64,000 nucleotides of DNA from contig CAUJGQ010000096.1 in assembly GCA_963170165.1 (NCBI GenBank), forward strand, positions 2,243 through 66,242, written 5' to 3'. The position numbers were made by a program, and so were the translations under genes. Below the pieces are notes generated by a model. That model was not told the DNA's origin, made no database searches, and saw only the letters and a program-made list of their open reading frames with translations. Positions 29,062-36,721 of the stretch are shown here, piece after piece (the first letter of the stretch is position 1; each line of letters begins with the position of its first letter). This DNA is from Chloroflexota bacterium (GTDB taxonomy: Bacteria > Chloroflexota > Dehalococcoidia > CAUJGQ01).

Positions 29062-30225
29062 ATGCCACGCTGGGCGCTATTGCTGTCAATGGCCGTGCTG
29101 TTCGTCGTGGCGATGGTGGCCGTCGTGGTGGTGCTGCGCCGGTCGCACGACGGTGGGCCAATCGCTACCGGTCCTACGCCGGCTCCGGGCTCGGTGGCGA
29201 TGCCGGACGGGATCGAGCTACTGTTTACGACACCGCTCGGCGGCAACAACCGCGCTCCCACCGGCGCGCCGGGCCGGCTCGATGAACGCCTCACCGCGCT
29301 CATTGACGGTGCACGCACGTCGGTCGACATGGCGATCTACGACCTACGGCTAGACAACGTGGCCGATGCACTGGTGCGCGCCCATCAGCGCAGCGTGCGC
29401 GTCCGGCTGGTAACAGATACGGACAACGTGGAGGATGCCCAGCTCAAGCGCGTGAAGGGCGCGGGCGTGCCGGTGGTGGCCGACGGCCGCGGCCCGCTCA
29501 TGCATCACAAGTTCACCGTGATCGATGGGGAAGTAGTGCTGACCGGCTCCTGGAATTACGCCCCGAACGACACCTTCCGTTACAACAACCACACGGCGGT
29601 GATCCGCTCCCGGCCGCTGGCCGAGAACTATACGGCCGAGTTCGAGAAGATGTTTACGCGCCGCAGCTTCGGCCCGACCAAGCCGAAAGACGTTCCCCAT
29701 CCGCGCATCGTACTGGACGGCGCCGTCATCACGACGATCTTCGAAGCAGAAGGGGATGCGGCCGGCCCGATTGTCGAGCGCATTCGCGGCGCGCGGCATA
29801 GTGTCGCGTTCCTCGCCTTCACCTTCACGCACGACGACATCGGCCGGGCCATCGAGGAGCGGTTCGCGGCGGGAGTCGCCGTACGCGGCGTCATCGAGAA
29901 CCTCCAGTCCGAGCGGCCGGAGGGGGAGCTTGGCCGCCTGGTGCGCGCCGGCCTGGGAGCGGCGCAGCCGGCCGGGGTGCCGCTGCCGGAGTGTGTGGCC
30001 GGCCCCGCCGTGCTGACAGACGGCAACCCGCAGCTCATGCACCACAAGGTGATCATCATCGACGGGACCGTCGCCATCTTCGGCTCCTTAAACTTCACTG
30101 CTAACGCCACCACCGACAACGACGAGAACGTGCTGATCATCGAGTCACCCGCCATCGCCGCGGCCTTCAGCGCCGAGTTCTGCCGCGTCTACAACGTGGC
30201 GGTGGAGGCGAAGAACCGGCGCTAA
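29062..30225 (+). CDS. phospholipase D-like domain protein (two HKD motifs), N-terminal membrane anchor
   Basis: Two HxKxxxxD motifs (HHKFTVIDGEVVLTGSWNYAPN and HHKVIIIDGTVAIFGSLNFTANA). N-terminal hydrophobic segment LLSMAVLFVVAMVAVVVV. Confidence 0.85.
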   Translation: MPRWALLLSMAVLFVVAMVAVVVVLRRSHDGGPIATGPTPAPGSVAMPDGIELLFTTPLGGNNRAPTGAPGRLDERLTALIDGARTSVDMAIYDLRLDNVADALVRAHQRSVRVRLVTDTDNVEDAQLKRVKGAGVPVVADGRGPLMHHKFTVIDGEVVLTGSWNYAPNDTFRYNNHTAVIRSRPLAENYTAEFEKMFTRRSFGPTKPKDVPHPRIVLDGAVITTIFEAEGDAAGPIVERIRGARHSVAFLAFTFTHDDIGRAIEERFAAGVAVRGVIENLQSERPEGELGRLVRAGLGAAQPAGVPLPECVAGPAVLTDGNPQLMHHKVIIIDGTVAIFGSLNFTANATTDNDENVLIIESPAIAAAFSAEFCRVYNVAVEAKNRR

Positions 30226-30396
30226 ATGCGCGCCATACCAGCGGCAGCCGCAGGACACGCGGGCTAGGGTGGGCGAGTGAGCAAACGCGCGTGATAGACT
30301 GCAAAGAAACGCGGCCCGTCCCAATCGAGGGCGGGCCGCCCGCTGTATCCCGGCCCGCGCGGGCCACCATCGGGTACGCAGGAGAGGGGACGGCGC

Positions 30397-31722
30397 ATGG
30401 CACGCACCAAGCAAGGAGACGGACAGGAATCGCAGGGCGCGGCCGGACACACGCCGGTATGGGAGATCGGGCAACTCGCCAACGGTATGCGCGTCGTCAC
30501 CACGCCCGTGCCGGCGGCGCAGTCCGTCTCGGTCAACGTCTTTATCGGTGTCGGCTCGCGTGGTGAGGAGCGACGCGTCAACGGCATCTCCCACTATATG
30601 GAGCACATGCTGTTCAAGGGCACGGAGCGGCGGCCAAATGCCATCGTCATCGCCGAAGCGATTGAGGGCGCGGGCGGCTCGCTCAACGCCTACACGGCCA
30701 AAGAGCTGACCTGCTACTGGAACCACGTACCCTATGACCATCTACCGGTGGCGATGGACGTCGTGGCAGACATGCTCCTCCACTCCAAGATCGAGCAGGA
30801 GGAGGTGGACCGCGAGCGGACCGTGGTTCAGCAGGAGATCCGCCGCTCCAAAGATCAGCCCGGCGCCTGGGCAGGCGAGCTGCTCTCGCGTGCGGTCTTC
30901 GGCGACCAGCCGATCGGCTGGTCCATCGCGGGCACGCTGGAAATCATCGAGGGGATGCAGCGACAGGACTTCTTTGACCACCTGGAGCGCTGGTACACCC
31001 CGCAAAACGCCGTCCTCTCCGTGGCCGGTAACACTACCCATAGCGCCGTGATGGAGATGGCCGCGCGGTCATTCGCCGGGTGGTCCGGCGCCGCTGCCCC
31101 CCGCTTCTTGCCGGCGCATCCGGAATTGGGCACCCCCCGCGTCCAGGCGGAACATCGCGACATCGCCCAATGCAATGTCGCCATCGGCCTGCGCGCCGTC
31201 TCCCGCACCGACCCGGACCGCTTCGCCCTCACCATCCTCAACAACATCCTTGGCCGGGGCATGTCGTCCCGTCTGTTCAAGGAGGTGCGCGAGCGGCGCG
31301 GACTGGCCTACTCCGTCGGCTCCTCGGTCTCCCGTCATGCCGACACCGGCACGATGTCCATCTCTGCCGGGGTGACTCCGGACAAGCTGCATGAGGCAAC
31401 GACCGTCATCCTCGATGAGCTGCGCCGCCTGTGTAACGAGCCGGTGGGCGACGACGAGATGACAAAGGCGCGCGATTACGCCGCCGGCTCCTTCCGCCTC
31501 GGGCTCGAGAGCACGATGTCACTCGGTCAGCGTGCCGGCGAAGCATTGCTCACCCTCGGCGAGATTGAGGCGGTCGACGACGTGGTCACCAAGCTACGGG
31601 CGATCACGGCGGAAGATGTGCAACGGGTAGCCCGCCGCCTGTTTCACAGCCACAACCTGGCGATGGCCGTGGTTGGCCCCGCCGGCGACCCGGACGAACT
31701 GGATAAGCTGCTGGTACTGTAG
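30397..31722 (+). CDS. M16 family zinc peptidase (insulinase/pitrilysin-like)
   Basis: Inverted zincin motif HYMEHMLFKGT (HxxEH). 441 aa. Confidence 0.85.
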   Translation: MARTKQGDGQESQGAAGHTPVWEIGQLANGMRVVTTPVPAAQSVSVNVFIGVGSRGEERRVNGISHYMEHMLFKGTERRPNAIVIAEAIEGAGGSLNAYTAKELTCYWNHVPYDHLPVAMDVVADMLLHSKIEQEEVDRERTVVQQEIRRSKDQPGAWAGELLSRAVFGDQPIGWSIAGTLEIIEGMQRQDFFDHLERWYTPQNAVLSVAGNTTHSAVMEMAARSFAGWSGAAAPRFLPAHPELGTPRVQAEHRDIAQCNVAIGLRAVSRTDPDRFALTILNNILGRGMSSRLFKEVRERRGLAYSVGSSVSRHADTGTMSISAGVTPDKLHEATTVILDELRRLCNEPVGDDEMTKARDYAAGSFRLGLESTMSLGQRAGEALLTLGEIEAVDDVVTKLRAITAEDVQRVARRLFHSHNLAMAVVGPAGDPDELDKLLVL

Positions 31723-31748
31723 TCCCCGCGAACCGGAGGTGAGCCAAG

Positions 31749-32003
31749 ATGCGCTGCCCGCTGTGCAATATCACGATGCGCGAGGTGCCCCGCCGCGGCG
31801 TCAAAATCGATATCTGCCCGCAGTGTCGCGGCGTCTGGCTGGATGGCGGTGAGATGGAACGGCTGCTAGAAGGGGCAGGGGACTGGGAAGAGGAGGACTT
31901 CCGCGAGCGCGAGCGCGGCCATGTCTACGCCGACTACGAGCATCATCCATACCGCCGCAAGAAGCGCCGCAGTTTTCTCGATGACTTGTTTGACTTTGAC
32001 TAA
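31749..32003 (+). CDS. zinc-ribbon domain protein (zf-TFIIB-like)
   Basis: CPLC...CPQCRGVWLDGGE motif with an acidic/basic tail. Confidence 0.6.
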   Translation: MRCPLCNITMREVPRRGVKIDICPQCRGVWLDGGEMERLLEGAGDWEEEDFRERERGHVYADYEHHPYRRKKRRSFLDDLFDFD

Positions 32004-32097
32004 TCCGGCCGCTTAAGGGTTTTCTCGATAACGGCTCAACCGCTCTGCTCCGACAATCCCGGTAGAGGCGGGCACACGGCCGCCTGGGAGGACGAAC

Positions 32098-32265
32098 GTG
32101 AGCGTGATTGAGCCGTTGATCGTCGTCTCGGCGACCGCTACCGCCACCGCGCCGGTTGCCTATGCACTGAAAACGATGGCCCGCCGGCGTGGCCGCGTGC
32201 TGGCTGGGGCCATCTTGCGCAGCCGGCTGGCGCCGTACACGCCGAAGAGTGCCGAGGGGGCTTAA
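32098..32265 (+). CDS. candidate small protein (55 aa, hydrophobic N-terminus)
   Basis: GGGAGGA RBS 5 nt before GTG 32098. High-GC3 frame in an otherwise empty 450-bp convergent gap. Not in the ATG-only ORF track. Confidence 0.25.
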   Translation: MSVIEPLIVVSATATATAPVAYALKTMARRRGRVLAGAILRSRLAPYTPKSAEGA

Positions 32266-32451
32266 ACGAGGAGCGGCAGTGATATCCGACCCCGCCTTCG
32301 GATATCACCGCCGTCCTACAACGTTAGTATGCCACGGCCGGCTGCCTGTGGATCGTCCGATCGCTATCACTTTTCTTGCAGCTTGGGTGACCGTCGCCCT
32401 GCGCCCGCGGAACCTCACGGTGGCCCAACCACGCGGCAAGGCCATTCGCGG

Positions 32452-33234
32452 CTATACGGCGGCGGTGATCGCATCGAGAAAGGCATCAAGCTCAACGGCG
32501 TACGCGTCTTTGGCTTCGGTGAAGGGGGCATGTCCGGCGCCGGGTATGACAGCCAGTTGGGCGTGAGGCACCGCAGCGGCCAGGGCGCGGGCGTCCTCCA
32601 GCATGCGGTCATGCTCACCGCACAGGATTAGCACCGGCATCGTCAGCGCGGCGGTGTCTTCGGTGATGGGGCGAAGCTGAGCCAGCGCCTCGTACTGCGC
32701 AGCCAGTGCCTCGGCGCCGGCGGCACGCAGGTGTGCCTCCCACTCTGCCCGGCGTACGGGGTGACGCGGTGCCCCTGGTAGCCGGGCGATGAACGGCTCC
32801 AGCCCTTCTACCCGCAGCCGCTCGGCCGCGCGCAGATAGAACTCGCGCCGCTGGCCGTGTGCCCCCAGCGCCGGGGCGGCCACCGCCACCACCGCCCGCA
32901 CCCGCTGTGGATGTGTCCGGGCAAACTCCAGCGCCGCCCGCGCCCCACGCGAGTGGCCACCTATCACCGGGCGCTCCAGCCCGAGCGCGTCCAGGAGCCC
33001 GAGCAGATCGCCGGCCAGTAGGGTGGGAGCGTAGGAGGCCGCCGCGACAAACGCCGTCGTGCCGCCCTGGCCACGCGGATCGACGCTGATGAAGCGGTAC
33101 CGGCCAAGCTGGCGCTCGTGGGCGCGCAGCGACATGGCCGCGTGATCGTTGCCGCCCGGCAGCCACACGACCGGCGGCCCCTGTCCCTCGTCCAGATAGT
33201 GGATGCGAATGCCGTTCGCTTCAATCGTTGGCAT
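32452..33234 (-). CDS. alpha/beta hydrolase fold protein
   Basis: GHSRG nucleophile elbow (GxSxG) and an N-terminal IRIHYLDEGQGPPVVWLPG motif. Start assigned to MPTIEANG. Confidence 0.75.
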   Translation of the reverse strand: MPTIEANGIRIHYLDEGQGPPVVWLPGGNDHAAMSLRAHERQLGRYRFISVDPRGQGGTTAFVAAASYAPTLLAGDLLGLLDALGLERPVIGGHSRGARAALEFARTHPQRVRAVVAVAAPALGAHGQRREFYLRAAERLRVEGLEPFIARLPGAPRHPVRRAEWEAHLRAAGAEALAAQYEALAQLRPITEDTAALTMPVLILCGEHDRMLEDARALAAAVPHAQLAVIPGAGHAPFTEAKDAYAVELDAFLDAITAAV

Positions 33235-33439
33235 GGCCGGCCCCAAGCAGTGATGCAACGCCCGCAGTTGTAGCACGGCCCGCCACCAGGCGCGAGCGCA
33301 GTTCTTCAGGCACTTTTCAGGATTGTCTCCGGCCGAACAGCGCCGCTGTATGCCCGGTCGCGGCGGCCGGCGTGGATGACAGGCATGCTGCAGTGGCACG
33401 GCGGCGAGGGGCCGCCACCCAGCACCAGGAGGCACACCG

Positions 33440-33550
33440 ATGTACCACGAGAGCCTGCGCCTGTACTCTGTCCTCGCGGCCAGCCGCTTCGATAAGTACC
33501 TGCTCAACCCCCAGCCGCTGCCGCCGCGCTACGCGTTCTACCTCCGCTAG
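33440..33550 (+). CDS. candidate small protein (36 aa, Tyr-rich)
   Basis: Perfect AGGAGG SD 7 nt before ATG 33440 in a 400-bp intergenic region. Confidence 0.2.
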   Translation: MYHESLRLYSVLAASRFDKYLLNPQPLPPRYAFYLR

Positions 33551-33636
33551 GCGACAGTCCCGGTCGTCTGTTTCTGCGCACGCGCCGTGCCGGTCCTCCC
33601 CCGGACGGCGCGTGCCGCCCTGTGGCGCCTGCCACC

Positions 33637-34314
33637 CTATCCCTGCTCAGTGAGCATGCCATCGCGCATGGCGAGGATGCGTGCCGCATAGGCCGCCATC
33701 CGGCTGTCATGGGTTACCATCAGCCCGGTCTTGCCGCGGGAGGTGATCTCCTGGCGGAGCATCTCCACCACCTGCTGACCGCGTTCGGTATCCAGGCTGG
33801 CAGTCGGCTCATCGACCAGGATGATGTCGGGGTCGTTCATCAGCGCTCGACCGATGGCGACCCGCTGCCGCTCGCCACCGGACAGCCGGGCCGGCAACAC
33901 CCGTGCCCGGCGGCTGAGCCCCAACTCCTCGATCAACTGGTCTGCACGCTGTCGCGCCTCGTTGGTCACCCGGCCGCTGATGGCGGCCACCACCAGCAGG
34001 TTGTCTCGCGCCGTCATATAGGGAATCAGGTTCGATCCTTGAAAGACAAAGCCCACCCGCTCCCGCCGGAACCGCGCCAGCCCGCGGCCCGACAGCCGGT
34101 GCACCTCGATATCCCCGATCAGTACCCGCCCAGAGGTGGGAGTGAGCAGGCCGCCCAGCATCGCCAGTAGCGTCGTCTTGCCGGAACCGCTCGGCCCGAC
34201 CAATGCCAGGAACTCCCCTGGTTCCGCCACAAAGGCGGCATGACGCACGGCCTGGACGGCATCCTCGCCATCGCCGTACGTCTTGTTCAGGTCCTGAACC
34301 TCGATGTGTGGCAC
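33637..34314 (-). CDS. ABC transporter ATP-binding protein (MacB/LolD-like)
   Basis: Walker A GPSGSGKTT, signature LSGGERQRVAIGRAL, and Walker B ILVDEP. GTG start 20 nt after the permease stop with an AGGA RBS. Confidence 0.8.
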   Translation of the reverse strand: MPHIEVQDLNKTYGDGEDAVQAVRHAAFVAEPGEFLALVGPSGSGKTTLLAMLGGLLTPTSGRVLIGDIEVHRLSGRGLARFRRERVGFVFQGSNLIPYMTARDNLLVVAAISGRVTNEARQRADQLIEELGLSRRARVLPARLSGGERQRVAIGRALMNDPDIILVDEPTASLDTERGQQVVEMLRQEITSRGKTGLMVTHDSRMAAYAARILAMRDGMLTEQG

Positions 34315-34333
34315 GGTCTGATCCTGCGAGGCG

Positions 34334-35437
34334 TTACTGCTGCTGACCGAGCGCGATGATGGGGTCAACCTTCGCCACCTGGCGACCGGAAAACAGCGCC
34401 CCCAACATCGCAGCCAGCAGCAGCCCGAGAGCGGTGTAACCATAGGTGGCGCCCGTGAAGGCGACGGGCACACCGTCATCCGGGATCAGTGCGGCGGTAG
34501 CCAGCGCCAACGGGATGGCGACAGCCAGCCCGGCGAGGGTGAGCAGCACCACCTGGAGCAACAACTGCCGGAACACGAACCAGCCGGAGGCCCCCAGTGC
34601 CTTGAGGATGCCAATGTGCGGAACCTTTTGCAGGGTGAGCACATAGAAGAAGATGCCGATCACCATCCCACCGATCACGAAGCCCATGATCTGCAACGAG
34701 CGCACGGTTTGCTGCTGCGCTGCCACCCCTTCGATTTTGAAAAAGGCATCGTACGGGGAGAGCGCCCGAATGCCACGTACGGCGTCCTCCAGCATCCGGG
34801 GCACGACCTCACCATCCGCCAGCACCACGTTGCCGGCCGGCACGTTCGCCCCCTCTGCGCCGTACCGGAGCTGCTGCCAGGTCTCCCGGTTGGTGAACAA
34901 CGACGGCTGAAAGAAGAAGTTGCCCGCGTTGACCGCGCCGGTGATACGCAGCGTTCGCGTCTCCAGCCGCACCGTCAGCTGCACCGTATCCCCCACGGCC
35001 AGCCCGGCGCGGCGCAGGTACCGCCGGTCTGCCACGATCGCATCGCGTTCCTCCGGCGCAACCGCACGCCCCTCGACAATGCGCGGGGCGCCGAGACTGC
35101 CATGGTCATAGCCGATCAGCGTGGCGGGGTACTGCCGGTCATCCCGAAAGGTGGTGACGGAGAAGAAGCCCAGCGGCGCCACCGCACGCACACCAGGCGC
35201 CGCCTGGACGGCAGCCAGCTGCTGGGGACTGATCTCGCTGCGCAGCAGCGAGTAGTTGGCGTTGCCGTTGTAGACCACGGCATCTACCGGCAACTCCCGC
35301 ACCCAGCTACCGGACTGCTCCTGCAGCCCGACACCGAGGCCGCTGATCATCACTACCAGGTAACCGATCAGGGCGATGATCGCGACGATCAGCAGGAACT
35401 GCACCGTCCGGTGGCGGATCTCATTCAGTGCGAGCAT
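34334..35437 (-). CDS. ABC transporter permease, FtsX/MacB-type
   Basis: N-terminal transmembrane helix, a large extracytoplasmic domain, and a C-terminal 3-transmembrane FtsX module. GGGAG RBS. Confidence 0.8.
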   Translation of the reverse strand: MLALNEIRHRTVQFLLIVAIIALIGYLVVMISGLGVGLQEQSGSWVRELPVDAVVYNGNANYSLLRSEISPQQLAAVQAAPGVRAVAPLGFFSVTTFRDDRQYPATLIGYDHGSLGAPRIVEGRAVAPEERDAIVADRRYLRRAGLAVGDTVQLTVRLETRTLRITGAVNAGNFFFQPSLFTNRETWQQLRYGAEGANVPAGNVVLADGEVVPRMLEDAVRGIRALSPYDAFFKIEGVAAQQQTVRSLQIMGFVIGGMVIGIFFYVLTLQKVPHIGILKALGASGWFVFRQLLLQVVLLTLAGLAVAIPLALATAALIPDDGVPVAFTGATYGYTALGLLLAAMLGALFSGRQVAKVDPIIALGQQQ

Positions 35438-35466
35438 GCCGGCTCCCTACCGCCTTCGTCGCCTTA

Positions 35467-36384
35467 TCAGTGTGTCACGAGCGCGGCCACGGCGGCGGAG
35501 GCGGCCCGCAGATCGCCTTCCGGCGCCACCACACCGGGGGGCAGCTCCACCAGCCGGGCGGCGGGGCCACCAACGGCGATCACACACCCCAACGCGGAGC
35601 CGCTCAGCGCGGTAAGGGTCGCATGCAGCGCCGGCGCCGAGGCCGTGGCGGTAGCGCTCAGGCACACCGCCGGCGCGCCGCTGTCCCGCAGGCAATGCAT
35701 GAGATCCACCACCGGGACATCGGCGCCGAGATACAACGCGCGCACCCCAGCCCAGCGCAGGAACAGCCCCAGCATCAGCAGCCCCAGCGCGTGCTGCTCC
35801 CCCGGGACACAGGCCAGGATCACGGCTGGCGCGCCGGTGAGCGGCGGCTGAGCATGCCACAGCGCCTGCAGCCGCCGCTGGATGACGTTGGTGGCGAAGT
35901 GCTCGGCGCTGACCGGCAGATCGCCGCCGGCCCATTGCTCGCCGATGGCGTACAGCGCGGGAACGATCACGCCCAGCAGCACGTCGTCGGGAGAGAAGCG
36001 GGCATACGCTTCGCTCTGCACCGCATGCAGCGCCGGCTCGTCATAGCGGGCCGCGGCCTGCAACAGCTGGTCCGTCAGTGACGTCTGCGGCCTCAGCACC
36101 GGCGGCGCGCCATCAGATGCCGTACCCGGCGCGGCGCGCTGGGCCCAGCGCACGGCCTGGGCCGCACTCAGACCGCGCGCTGTCTGGACGCGCACCCAGG
36201 CGATGGCGGCCACCTCGCGCTCGGAATACAACCGGCGGGCGGAGGGGCTGCGGTCCGGAGAGGGAAAACCGTAGCGCCGTTCCCACGAGCGGAGGGTGGC
36301 CGCCGGCACGCCGGTGCGGCGCTCCACAGCTCGGATGTTGTACCGCGGCTCATTCACGCTGTCAGTTATCCATATCTCATGCAA
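35467..36384 (-). CDS. MerR family transcriptional regulator with C-terminal cobalamin-binding domain (CarH/LitR-like)
   Basis: MerR HTH (YNIRAVERRTGVPAATLRSWERRYG). B12-binding signature ExHxxG (PGEQHALG) and a downstream GG. The start is uncertain: TTG 36384 or GTG 36357. Confidence 0.7.
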   Translation of the reverse strand: MHEIWITDSVNEPRYNIRAVERRTGVPAATLRSWERRYGFPSPDRSPSARRLYSEREVAAIAWVRVQTARGLSAAQAVRWAQRAAPGTASDGAPPVLRPQTSLTDQLLQAAARYDEPALHAVQSEAYARFSPDDVLLGVIVPALYAIGEQWAGGDLPVSAEHFATNVIQRRLQALWHAQPPLTGAPAVILACVPGEQHALGLLMLGLFLRWAGVRALYLGADVPVVDLMHCLRDSGAPAVCLSATATASAPALHATLTALSGSALGCVIAVGGPAARLVELPPGVVAPEGDLRAASAAVAALVTH

Positions 36385-36475
36385 CTACTATGCAATCACC
36401 CTAGTCTGCCGCGGCGCCGGTGGTCAAGCAGCGGCCCGCCAGGACGTGCGCATGAGCCATGCCGAGCCGGACAAG

Positions 36476-36573
36476 CAGAGGGGACCAGCGTGCTGCCGGT
36501 CCCCTCGTTGGCTGCGGTGCCGGGTGAGCGCTTAGTGCGCGGCGGCGCCGGAGTGGGCGAAGCCGATGTTCGG
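36476..36573. repeat. left copy of a 98-bp direct repeat (att-like): orphan duplicate of the TPP-enzyme gene 3' end plus terminator
   Basis: 95/98 identical to 42092..42189. Its reverse complement encodes ...PNIGFAHSGAAAH-stop with no gene attached. Contains the GGGGACC-N11-GGTCCCC hairpin. Confidence 0.8.
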
Positions 36574-36721
36574 AGTCGAAGCAGCGAGGTGCTTACTGGG
36601 GATACCTCAAAGTACTCGGTGCCTGCTATCCGGTTGTCACGGTAAAACTCCACTGCCAGGTTCCGAACAGGCTACCCCGCCAGCACTCGGAGATGGTCGT
36701 ATCTACAGGAGCAAGCTGTCC

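Noticed and set aside
29062-30225. PLD protein as a DISARM DrmC equivalent
   Set aside because: The N-terminal membrane anchor and the absence of any methyltransferase or SNF2 gene nearby make a defence role unlikely. It is reported only as context for the helicase.
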